64,000 nt of DNA from an uncultured virus (IMG/VR IMGVR_UViG_3300025617_001081) (Duplodnaviria > Heunggongvirae > Uroviricota > Caudoviricetes): IMG/VR virus record IMGVR_UViG_3300025617_001081; one strand, written 5' to 3'. This document shows, piece after piece, positions 18,331-26,677 of this stretch (position 1 is the stretch's first letter; each line of letters starts with the position of its first letter). The translations under genes were made by a program, and so were the position numbers. Below the pieces are notes generated by a model. It saw only the letters and a program-made list of their open reading frames with translations. It was not told the origin of the DNA and searched no databases.

Positions 18331-19109
18331 ATATCTTTATAGGAGATAGTCATACATGCGGTTATAATGAATCTGCAACTCATTGGCACGATAATAACTA
18401 CGCAAAAAAATATGCAGAAACGACCGGAGAGAAAAGCATTATCTATGCAACTCCAGGCGCTAATCATGATAGCTATGCAAACTGGTTAAAATTTCTTTTA
18501 GACAAATATAATAATATCAATAATGCATTTATTTGTCTAAGAGGTTTTAATAGGTTTACTATTGCTGGAGCTAAAAATAGCTACAATGGAGAAGTACTTC
18601 CTGTAAATCATTTTACTTTAGAAGAAATAAGTAACGATATTAATGACTGCTATATGGATTATATAACAGCAGGTGATTATTTTCAACTATATCAGAAAAC
18701 TATCCCTAGTGACTATGATAACTATGTTGATATAAAATGGCATCCAACAACCGGTCTAGTGTCTCCTGATCTAAGAAAAAATACATATATGGAAATAAAA
18801 ACATTTTTAGAAATGAACACACATCTAGAGACACAAAACTTTTTAAAAAATCTTTTTATTTGGGACAACTTGTGCAGAATAAAAAATGTGACATTGCATG
18901 TTTTTACTTTAATGAATAATATTAAGATTCCTAAAGAACACAATCACTATGGAGAGCTAACTAATACGAAGATTAGTTATACTTCAGTTGAGTCATTTTT
19001 TACAAAAAAGAACATAGATCACAAAAGATATTTTTTAAGCGATAATGAACACTATAACGAAGAGTATCATACACTTATTGCAGAAAAGTATATTGGAAGC
19101 ATATTATGA
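18324..19109 (+). CDS. SGNH hydrolase-like protein, paralog A
   Basis: IGDSHTCGY ... DNEHYN. Confidence 0.6.
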   Translation: MLNIFIGDSHTCGYNESATHWHDNNYAKKYAETTGEKSIIYATPGANHDSYANWLKFLLDKYNNINNAFICLRGFNRFTIAGAKNSYNGEVLPVNHFTLEEISNDINDCYMDYITAGDYFQLYQKTIPSDYDNYVDIKWHPTTGLVSPDLRKNTYMEIKTFLEMNTHLETQNFLKNLFIWDNLCRIKNVTLHVFTLMNNIKIPKEHNHYGELTNTKISYTSVESFFTKKNIDHKRYFLSDNEHYNEEYHTLIAEKYIGSIL

Positions 19110-19921
19110 ATAATATTTTTATAGGTGATAGTCACACATGCGGATACAGTTCTGTTCCGGGAAAAACTGGTCCAGGTAGTTATGACTTGTGGCAGGAAAA
19201 CAACTATGCAAAAAAATATGCAGAGATTACAGAAGAAAAAAGCATAGTATATGCAATGCCAGGCTCTCACAGCGATGCATATACTAATTGGTTAAAGTTT
19301 CTTTTAGACAAGTACGATAATGTAAATAACGTGTTTATTTGTTTAAGCGGATTTAATAGATTTACTATTGCAAACGATAATGGAAAATTTGAACAAGATC
19401 CTGTTAGCATTGATCATTTTACTGTACATGCAGTGAAGGATGATTTAATAGATTGTTACTTAGATCAAGCCGTGGCAGGTGATTACTTACAATTGTATCA
19501 GAAAACTATCGAAGACGATTATAATTATTTTCCAGGTGTTAATTTTAGTCCAGAAAAGGGATTAACAAGTCCGAATCTAAGAAAAAACACTTATATGGAA
19601 ATTAAAACTTTCTTAGAATTAAACACTCATTTAGAAAAACAAAACTTTTTAAAAAATGTTTTTGTGTGGGACAATCTTTGTAGGATTAAAGGAGTTAATC
19701 TTTACATATTTCAAATGACTGATCGACAGCAGTTTCCTACAAACTTCGAATATTACGGAAAATTAACAAATACTACAATAAGCAATATATCGACAGAACG
19801 TTACTTTGCTCAAAAAAATATTGACCACAAAAGATACTTTATTGAGGACGGTGAGCATTATAACGAAGAATATCATACACTTATTGCAGAAAAATTTTTA
19901 AAACACTTGACAAAAACCTAA
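19106..19921 (+). CDS. SGNH hydrolase-like protein, paralog B
   Basis: IGDSHTCGY ... DGEHYN; colinear with paralog A. Confidence 0.6.
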   Translation: MNNIFIGDSHTCGYSSVPGKTGPGSYDLWQENNYAKKYAEITEEKSIVYAMPGSHSDAYTNWLKFLLDKYDNVNNVFICLSGFNRFTIANDNGKFEQDPVSIDHFTVHAVKDDLIDCYLDQAVAGDYLQLYQKTIEDDYNYFPGVNFSPEKGLTSPNLRKNTYMEIKTFLELNTHLEKQNFLKNVFVWDNLCRIKGVNLYIFQMTDRQQFPTNFEYYGKLTNTTISNISTERYFAQKNIDHKRYFIEDGEHYNEEYHTLIAEKFLKHLTKT

Positions 19922-19935
19922 ATATATCGTATACT
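19907..19935 (+). promoter_or_regulatory. Sigma70-type promoter with an embedded TAAATA
   Basis: TTGACA-17 nt-TATACT, nearly identical to the promoter at 7968. Confidence 0.85.
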
Positions 19936-19973
19936 TAAACAATAGCGATCCACCGCATTAACTCGGAGAAACA

Positions 19974-20660
19974 ATGAAAAAATACGAAGAAATAACCCAA
20001 CGTTGTAAAGCCGCTGACAAGCGTTATTGGGCAAGCGATAATATTGCTCGAATTATACAAAGTGGCGAAAAAGAACAGCTCATAGACGAAGCCACTGAAG
20101 CATTTGAAACAGTGCTTGACGCACTGGTCATTGACAGACACAACGATCCTAATTCACAGGGCACAGCACGTCGATTGGCTAAAATGTACTTTAACGAGAT
20201 TATGGCAGGACGCTACGACTATCGTCCTGAAGCAACAGCATTTCCCAATGACACAGATGAACGATATGACGGCATGCTTGTTGTACGAAGCGAACTAAGA
20301 AGTATGTGCTCGCATCATCACCAGCCAGTAAGCGGAGTAGCATACATTGGTATTATTGCCGCAGAAAAGTTGATTGGATTATCTAAATACACTCGAATTG
20401 CACAATGGTGTGCTCGTCGCGGTACTCTGCAGGAAGAACTTGCAAACGATATTGCACGAGAGATACAGTACAGCACAGGTGCTAAAGATGTAGGTGTTTA
20501 CATTCAAGCAACACACGGTTGTTGCGAAAATCGCGGCATTATGGCGCATTCAAGTCTTACACAGACAACTGTACTAAAAGGTGCATTTAACACTGATTCA
20601 GGTACAAAGAAAGAATTTTTTGACAACATTAAACTACAGCAGGAGTTTGCACCACGATGA
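19974..20660 (+). CDS. folE: GTP cyclohydrolase I
   Basis: SMCSHH, IGLSK, LQEEL, HGCCENRG. Confidence 0.96.
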   Translation: MKKYEEITQRCKAADKRYWASDNIARIIQSGEKEQLIDEATEAFETVLDALVIDRHNDPNSQGTARRLAKMYFNEIMAGRYDYRPEATAFPNDTDERYDGMLVVRSELRSMCSHHHQPVSGVAYIGIIAAEKLIGLSKYTRIAQWCARRGTLQEELANDIAREIQYSTGAKDVGVYIQATHGCCENRGIMAHSSLTQTTVLKGAFNTDSGTKKEFFDNIKLQQEFAPR

Positions 20661-20758
20661 GTGATTTAGATATTATTGCTGTGTATGCAGCAAAAGGGTT
20701 AATTGTTGTAGCATTCCTACTAGGCGTAGTAGGCTTTTTACAGGACTTTGTACTATAA
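20657..20758 (+). CDS. 33 aa single-TM microprotein
   Basis: MSDLDIIAVYAAKGLIVVAFLLGVVGFLQDFVL; AGGAG SD; ATGA overlap with folE. Confidence 0.65.
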   Translation: MSDLDIIAVYAAKGLIVVAFLLGVVGFLQDFVL

Positions 20759-20859
20759 TGTGGGCGTTACTTGGTTTAATAGCAATGGCGTGGTTTGGGT
20801 TTTATGTTTTGTATATGTTAAACCCTGATAGAAAGATTGAAGAAGAAGATGAAGACTAA
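20758..20859 (+). CDS. 33 aa single-TM microprotein with an acidic tail
   Basis: MWALLGLIAMAWFGFYVLYMLNPDRKIEEEDED; TAATG coupling. Confidence 0.65.
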   Translation: MWALLGLIAMAWFGFYVLYMLNPDRKIEEEDED

Positions 20860-20944
20860 AGTAGATATAGTCCTTTATGGACTTGCACTAGGCATGGCAA
20901 TGATTTTGATAGACTATTATTTTGTACCAGGAGGCATGTACTAA
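20849..20944 (+). CDS. 31 aa single-TM microprotein
   Basis: MKTKVDIVLYGLALGMAMILIDYYFVPGGMY; stop overlaps the next ATG. Confidence 0.6.
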   Translation: MKTKVDIVLYGLALGMAMILIDYYFVPGGMY

Positions 20945-21189
20945 TGGCGTTTGAATGGCATAGAATTCATAAATGGGAAGAAAATTACGAAAGTAACATC
21001 ACAGACGACGTTATTGAATATATCTGCGAACACTATGAAGTAGAAAGTATTTTTGATCTTACAGAAGAACAAGTAAACAACATTAATACATTCCGCAACG
21101 ATGTACTAAACGAATACAGTGTAATGCAGGTTGGGTTTAGTAATGTTATGTTACAATTAGATGATCCAGAGTTTTACGATGAAGAATAA
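20944..21189 (+). CDS. Acidic hypothetical protein
   Basis: 81 aa, GGAGG SD. Confidence 0.7.
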   Translation: MAFEWHRIHKWEENYESNITDDVIEYICEHYEVESIFDLTEEQVNNINTFRNDVLNEYSVMQVGFSNVMLQLDDPEFYDEE

Positions 21190-22054
21190 ATTAAGATACA
21201 GCGAAGCATTTTATTCAGTACAAGGTGAAGGTAAGTTCGTAGGAGTGCCTAGTGTATTCCTACGAACTTTTGGTTGTAACTTCCGCTGTCAAGGGTTTGG
21301 TTTAGATCGCGGCTGGGAAAGAACAAAATACAATCCTGAAGTAGCAGATTTGATTGCAAAAGAAGTACACAAGCAAGACGTAAGTTTTGAAGAACTGCCT
21401 ATCGTACACACAGGATGTGATACATATGCAAGTATCTATCCTGAATTTAAAAAGTTTATGATGGATAAAACTGTAGACGAAGTTGTAGAACATTTGTTAA
21501 GTCTTACTCCAGAAGGTTCTTGGACGATGAAGAATGGACAGGACGTCCACCTTGTTATCACAGGCGGAGAGCCTTTACTATGGCAGAAGTTTTGGCCTAG
21601 TTTATTTGACCATCCTAGAATGGAGGATTTAAAAAATGTCACCTTTGAGACGAACTGCACACAGCCTCTTCAGGCAGATTTTAACACTTACCTTAACACA
21701 CAAAGAACTTTTGAACTCACCTGGTCGTGTTCACCTAAACTTACAGTCTCAGGCGAGTCCTGGGATGATGCGATTCGCCCTGAAGTTGCTAGCTCTTACT
21801 ACGATGTTATTGGCAGTGACATTTATTTTAAGTTTGTGGTTGCTGATGCAACTGATGTGGACGAAGTTACACAGGCTGTGGCACAATATAGAGCCCTTGG
21901 TATTGAATGTCCCGTATACATCATGCCGTTGGGTGGACGCAGTGAAGAATATTCGCTTAACACGCAAACAGTGGCAGAGCTCGCAATGGAGCGGGGATGG
22001 AGATATTCGCCCCGCCTCCACGTCGACATCTTCGGAAATGCGTGGGGAACCTAG
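21161..22054 (+). CDS. queE: 7-carboxy-7-deazaguanine synthase (radical SAM); start may be 21179
   Basis: FYSVQGEG, FLRTFGCNFRC...GCDT, ITGGEP, ETN, SPKL, SPRLH. Confidence 0.92.
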   Translation: MIQSFTMKNKLRYSEAFYSVQGEGKFVGVPSVFLRTFGCNFRCQGFGLDRGWERTKYNPEVADLIAKEVHKQDVSFEELPIVHTGCDTYASIYPEFKKFMMDKTVDEVVEHLLSLTPEGSWTMKNGQDVHLVITGGEPLLWQKFWPSLFDHPRMEDLKNVTFETNCTQPLQADFNTYLNTQRTFELTWSCSPKLTVSGESWDDAIRPEVASSYYDVIGSDIYFKFVVADATDVDEVTQAVAQYRALGIECPVYIMPLGGRSEEYSLNTQTVAELAMERGWRYSPRLHVDIFGNAWGT

Positions 22055-22084
22055 TATGGAACAGAGAGCAAGGGAAGCAGGATT

Positions 22085-22489
22085 ATGAGTTGGTTTAGTA
22101 AAATGTTTGGCAACAAACAAAATACAGTAGACGAAACATTAGAAGGCATTGCTGAAGATAGTATGTCTCTAGAAGAAGCAAGAAGAGCAAGTCTTGAAGC
22201 AGAGAAACAAGAAGCTACAGAAAGAGGAGAGCCTTGGGTCGCTGTATTAGACACACAGGTCAATCCAAATGATATCAAGAACGGCTTCTTTGAACTAGAT
22301 TGGAACAATGAGTTTATAGAGAGGTTACTTGATGCAGGTTATCAAGGTGAAACAAATGAAGAGATTGTAGACGGTTGGTTCAGAACTATTGTTGTGCAGA
22401 TGTTGGAAGAAGAAGGACTTGACACACAACGAGAAATGGGTTATATTAATGTAGTGCCTATTGACAAAGGAAAGAGTTCAGTATCGTGA
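22085..22489 (+). CDS. Hypothetical phage protein
   Basis: 134 aa ORF. Confidence 0.7.
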   Translation: MSWFSKMFGNKQNTVDETLEGIAEDSMSLEEARRASLEAEKQEATERGEPWVAVLDTQVNPNDIKNGFFELDWNNEFIERLLDAGYQGETNEEIVDGWFRTIVVQMLEEEGLDTQREMGYINVVPIDKGKSSVS

Positions 22490-23079
22490 AAGGTGAAACA
22501 AACACTTTAATTTTTCTGATGGATATAGACGGTCACGAAGGCTTGACTGATAAATTTACCACTCAGTATAGAACATATGCATTTCAAGATTTAATAAACG
22601 ATTCTTATTTAGATCGAAATAGGATAGCAATTGCTTCTACAGGATTTGATTATGATAGAAGTATGGAATTGTATAAACAAGCAACATTAGATAGAAAATA
22701 TAAATGGGTAAAAGTAAAAAAGACTGATGATTTTTCTTTATTAGAAAAAAAATTATTAGATGTAGGATTTTCGTTAACTCCAAAAAAAACAAATATAATT
22801 TACGGAGGAACGAATACATCAGGATGTGTGTTGCACTCTAGTAATTTTTCTATCAATAAATTTTGTATGCAAGGGTTTTATTGTAATCTTTATCTTCCAC
22901 TATGCGATGATGCACATATTCCAGGAATTAATTCTATAGATCGAAATCAAAAAGCATTTTCTGAAGTTTATACTTTTTTAAAAACACGAGATCTTATAGA
23001 AAAGGTAGATATTACAACTAGATTTGGAGACTTAGTCCTTCCTAAAAGTAATAAAAGATTTGATTATGTTTCTACTTGA
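22486..23079 (+). CDS. Isochorismatase/cysteine-hydrolase-like protein
   Basis: GGTNTSGCV motif; paralog at 43758. Confidence 0.45.
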   Translation: MKGETNTLIFLMDIDGHEGLTDKFTTQYRTYAFQDLINDSYLDRNRIAIASTGFDYDRSMELYKQATLDRKYKWVKVKKTDDFSLLEKKLLDVGFSLTPKKTNIIYGGTNTSGCVLHSSNFSINKFCMQGFYCNLYLPLCDDAHIPGINSIDRNQKAFSEVYTFLKTRDLIEKVDITTRFGDLVLPKSNKRFDYVST

Positions 23080-23104
23080 CACATTTCGCATTAGATTGTA
23101 ACAT
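23076..23104 (+). promoter_or_regulatory. Sigma70-type promoter
   Basis: TTGACA-17 nt-TAACAT. Confidence 0.65.
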
Positions 23105-23124
23105 GTTATTTTATAGGATAAATC

Positions 23125-24108
23125 GTGAGCACATATATTTTAGTAGACACAGCAAATACTTTCTTTAGAGCAAGACACGTTGTACGTGGCGACATTGATA
23201 CTAAAGTTGGCATGGCGTTGCACATTACACTTAACAGTATTAAAAAGGCTTGGCAGGACTTTGATGCAGATCATGTTGTGTTCTGTCTAGAAGGGCGTTC
23301 GTGGCGCAAGGATTACTACGAGCCTTATAAGCGTAATAGACAGCAAGCAAGAGATGCATTAACACCGCGCGAGCAAGAAGAAGACACTGCATTTTGGGAA
23401 ATTTTTGATGAGTTTAAAGATTTTATCAATGACAAAACAAACTGTACAATGATTCGTCATCCGCAACTAGAAGCAGATGATTTGATTGCAGGCTGGGTGC
23501 AAGCACACCCTAATGACAAACATGTTATTATTAGTACAGACGGTGACTTTGCACAACTTATTGCTCCTAACGTTAAGCAGTACAATGGCGTTAGTAATAC
23601 AACTATTACTCACGAAGGGTATTTTGACGATAAAGGAGTTGAAGTCGTTGACAAAAAAACAAAAGAACCTAAACCGGCGCCTGACCCGCAATGGCTACTT
23701 TTTGAGAAGTGTATGCGAGGCGATACAAGCGACAATGTTTTTTCAGCATATCCTGGTGTACGTAAAAAAGGCACTAAGAATAAAGTAGGGCTGTTAGAAG
23801 CATATGAAGACAAAGGTACAAAAGGATTTAATTGGAATAACATGATGCTACAGCGTTGGGTAGATCACAACGGAGAAGAACATCGTGTGTTAGATGACTA
23901 TCAACGTAATGTTGTACTATGTGATTTAACAGCACAACCTGCAGATATTAGAGCAATGATTGATGAAACTATTAATAGTGTAGAATCTAAAAGCATTACA
24001 CAGGTTGGAATGAGATTAATGAAGTTTTGTGCTAAATGGGATATGCAACGGATTGCAGATCAAGCACAGAGTTTTGCAGAACCACTACAAGCGAGGTATC
24101 CACAATGA
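23125..24108 (+). CDS. rnh: T4-type RNase H / 5'-3' flap exonuclease
   Basis: SWRKDYYEPYKRNR, EADDLI, STDGDFAQL, GDTSDNV. Confidence 0.9.
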   Translation: MSTYILVDTANTFFRARHVVRGDIDTKVGMALHITLNSIKKAWQDFDADHVVFCLEGRSWRKDYYEPYKRNRQQARDALTPREQEEDTAFWEIFDEFKDFINDKTNCTMIRHPQLEADDLIAGWVQAHPNDKHVIISTDGDFAQLIAPNVKQYNGVSNTTITHEGYFDDKGVEVVDKKTKEPKPAPDPQWLLFEKCMRGDTSDNVFSAYPGVRKKGTKNKVGLLEAYEDKGTKGFNWNNMMLQRWVDHNGEEHRVLDDYQRNVVLCDLTAQPADIRAMIDETINSVESKSITQVGMRLMKFCAKWDMQRIADQAQSFAEPLQARYPQ

Positions 24109-24578
24109 CAGTAAAAGCAAAAGAATTATTGAAGGACAAGTTTTGGATTGTTGAAAACAATGGAGAGAAGGTAGGTACTATTAGTACTAACGAAGACAAT
24201 TACGTCTATTCTTGTCATGCTGGACCAAAGTTTTTTAAAAATATTAAACAATTTAAAAAAATTGTAGGTGCAGAAGTTACTTGGAGCAGTGTACAAAAAG
24301 AAGAAGACACAATTAAAGAAGTGCATAAGTATCCAACTAGTTGTATACCGTTTAACTCTATTTTTGATGTTAAGAAAAAACTTCCTTTATTTACAAAAAG
24401 CAATAAATCTAAAAGTTTGTATTGTGCAGGATATTATATTATTCACTTTGATAAAGGATGGGTTAAATCTTTCTGTCCTAAACTTATTACCATTGAACGA
24501 TACGAAAGTTGTGGTCCTTTTAAAACTGAAATAGAAATGAAACAGGAACTAAAAAATGCAAACAAAAGATCCTATTAA
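24105..24578 (+). CDS. Hypothetical phage protein
   Basis: ATG 24105 with GAGG SD, ATGA-coupled. Confidence 0.7.
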   Translation: MTVKAKELLKDKFWIVENNGEKVGTISTNEDNYVYSCHAGPKFFKNIKQFKKIVGAEVTWSSVQKEEDTIKEVHKYPTSCIPFNSIFDVKKKLPLFTKSNKSKSLYCAGYYIIHFDKGWVKSFCPKLITIERYESCGPFKTEIEMKQELKNANKRSY

Positions 24579-24795
24579 TACATTTCCTATTCAGCAGTTT
24601 ATTCAACAGACAAAAACTGCTGATTCGAGCAATCAAAAAGAAGTAAGATTAGATCTGCAAACTGCAAAAAATCTTTCTTATTGTTTGGGCATTGTTCTTG
24701 CTAGACTTGCAGGAGACTATGAAGACTTGCTTGCTAAATCTAACTCCAGCGATGAAGAAGTTATTAGTATCAGTGTAGACGGCGGCGGATTATAG
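24556..24795 (+). CDS. Hypothetical protein
   Basis: 79 aa, AGGA SD. Confidence 0.65.
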   Translation: MQTKDPINTFPIQQFIQQTKTADSSNQKEVRLDLQTAKNLSYCLGIVLARLAGDYEDLLAKSNSSDEEVISISVDGGGL

Positions 24796-24850
24796 TAGCA
24801 GTTAACTAAAAAGAGATAAATATATGCGTATATAACTAAGGAATACGTAT

Positions 24851-25138
24851 ATGAGTAGGCCCAAGCCAAAAGTTCTTTTAGAACACGTAAACAAAAAAAC
24901 ATATAAAACAGAGCAAATATTAGATGCAGAGGCTATTTGGGCAGTCTTTTATCAAGGTAAACCATTTAATCTTAAATCATCTAATATGATTACAAACTAT
25001 CCTGGACCTAAATATAAAAAAGTAAGTTTTTCAAATCCTGGACACGCTCATAATCTTGCTAAAAAATTAAATCAAATGTTTCAAAGCAAAGACTTTACAG
25101 TAGTAAAACTCACACAAGGTGAGATAGAAACAGAATGA
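24851..25138 (+). CDS. Basic hypothetical phage protein
   Basis: 95 aa; TAAATA at 24817 and AAGGA SD upstream. Confidence 0.7.
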   Translation: MSRPKPKVLLEHVNKKTYKTEQILDAEAIWAVFYQGKPFNLKSSNMITNYPGPKYKKVSFSNPGHAHNLAKKLNQMFQSKDFTVVKLTQGEIETE

Positions 25139-25521
25139 ACTGGAAAGAAGCGTATACAAAAATCTTTCTAAAACAGGGAGAAAAATCTGTAAACGAAGCT
25201 GCTGTAAAAGAATTCCTTCCCCTTTGGTGGCATAATACTAGAAACAAAAAAGAAGGAGGTCTTCGTTTAACAGACATGGGGTTTGCATATGTCAAAGAAG
25301 AACTTGACATACAAACATACGAAATACCTTATCCAGGTGAGTTTGAACTTACCACACAAACTATTATATTCTTAGACAAGTTTATCGACTGTCCTTATTA
25401 TCTAGGCAGATCAGCCATTCATGTATTAGACGAAAAGAAAGCAGTAGAACTTACTCTGTTCTCAGGCGATGTTCGCAAATACGGTATCACTAAAGCACTT
25501 CAAAGACAAAATAACGGTTGA
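25135..25521 (+). CDS. Hypothetical phage protein
   Basis: 128 aa, coupled to the upstream gene. Confidence 0.7.
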   Translation: MNWKEAYTKIFLKQGEKSVNEAAVKEFLPLWWHNTRNKKEGGLRLTDMGFAYVKEELDIQTYEIPYPGEFELTTQTIIFLDKFIDCPYYLGRSAIHVLDEKKAVELTLFSGDVRKYGITKALQRQNNG

Positions 25522-25545
25522 CAATCCTGTACACGGTGCTATAAT
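25518..25545 (+). promoter_or_regulatory. Sigma70-type promoter with extended -10
   Basis: TTGACA-16 nt-TATAAT preceded by TGC. Confidence 0.8.
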
Positions 25546-25583
25546 AATAAAACAAGTTAAGAAATCCATCAAGTGAGGACATT

Positions 25584-26666
25584 ATGGAAAATATTGCAAC
25601 TCGTCAAGTATCACCTAACAATGCAAAAAAGAGTCTTCTTCATGCATTGAAAAAGAAGCGTCCTGTGTTTCTTTGGGGACCTCCAGGCATTGGTAAATCA
25701 GACATTGTACACCAAATCGGTACACTGCTAAATGCTCATGTTATTGACGTTCGTTTAAGCCTTTGGGAGCCTACAGACATTAAAGGCATTCCTTACTTTG
25801 ATGCTAACGCAGGTAAAATGGTTTGGGGTGCTCCAGAAGAACTTCCAGACGAGGCACTTGCTAGCCAGTATGACAATGTTATTTTGTTCCTTGATGAAAT
25901 GAACTCGGCAGCGCCTGCTGTACAGGCAGCAGCATATCAGTTGATTCTTAACCGCAAGGTTGGACAGTATCACTTGCCAGACAACGTTCTTATTGTTGCG
26001 GCAGGTAACCGCGAAGCAGACAAAGGTGTTACGTATCGTATGCCTGCTCCACTTGCTAACCGCTTTGTTCACTTGGAAATGAAGCCAGACTTTGACGACT
26101 GGTTTGCATGGGCTGTGAACAACGACGTTCACAAAGATGTTGTAGGGTATTTGACTTTTGCAAAACAAGACTTGTATGACTTTGATCCTAAGAGTCCTTC
26201 ACGTTCTTTTGCAACGCCTCGTTCGTGGTCGTTTGTTTCAGAACTGCTTGAAGACGATGTAGATGAAAGTATCATTACAGATTTAACCAGTGGTGCGGTA
26301 GGCGAAGGTCTTGCTGTTAAGTTTATGGCACATCGTAAGATTGCTGGCAAGTTGCCTAATCCGACGAGCATTTTAGACGGTAAGATTAAAAAGTTAGACA
26401 CAGATGAGATTTCTGCAAAGTATTCACTTACAGTGTCCTTGTGCTACGAACTACGCGAATCAGCAGACAAGGACGATAAGAATTTTCATAAGAAAGTAAA
26501 CAACTTCTTGCGTTTTGCAATGGATAACTTTGACACTGAACTTGTAGTAATGGGTATTAAACTTGCTCTTACACAATACTCACTGCCTATTGATCCAGAC
26601 GAAGTAGAATGTTTTGACGAGTTTCACGAGCGTTTTGGCAAGTATATTAGAGCGGCGCAGGCTTAA
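25584..26666 (+). CDS. MoxR-type AAA+ ATPase
   Basis: GPPGIGKS, LFLDEMN, AAGN, LANRF, TPRSW. Confidence 0.9.
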   Translation: MENIATRQVSPNNAKKSLLHALKKKRPVFLWGPPGIGKSDIVHQIGTLLNAHVIDVRLSLWEPTDIKGIPYFDANAGKMVWGAPEELPDEALASQYDNVILFLDEMNSAAPAVQAAAYQLILNRKVGQYHLPDNVLIVAAGNREADKGVTYRMPAPLANRFVHLEMKPDFDDWFAWAVNNDVHKDVVGYLTFAKQDLYDFDPKSPSRSFATPRSWSFVSELLEDDVDESIITDLTSGAVGEGLAVKFMAHRKIAGKLPNPTSILDGKIKKLDTDEISAKYSLTVSLCYELRESADKDDKNFHKKVNNFLRFAMDNFDTELVVMGIKLALTQYSLPIDPDEVECFDEFHERFGKYIRAAQA

Positions 26667-26677
26667 GGAGTAGGGCA

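Noticed and set aside
19941..19973. THF-II or preQ1 riboswitch before folE
   Set aside because: The leader is only about 30 nt and lacks the consensus elements
21636..22120. Long alternative-frame and antisense ORFs over queE (and similar ones over the polymerase, MoxR and DegT genes)
   Set aside because: Shadow ORFs of GC-richer genes, with no SD or recognisable motifs
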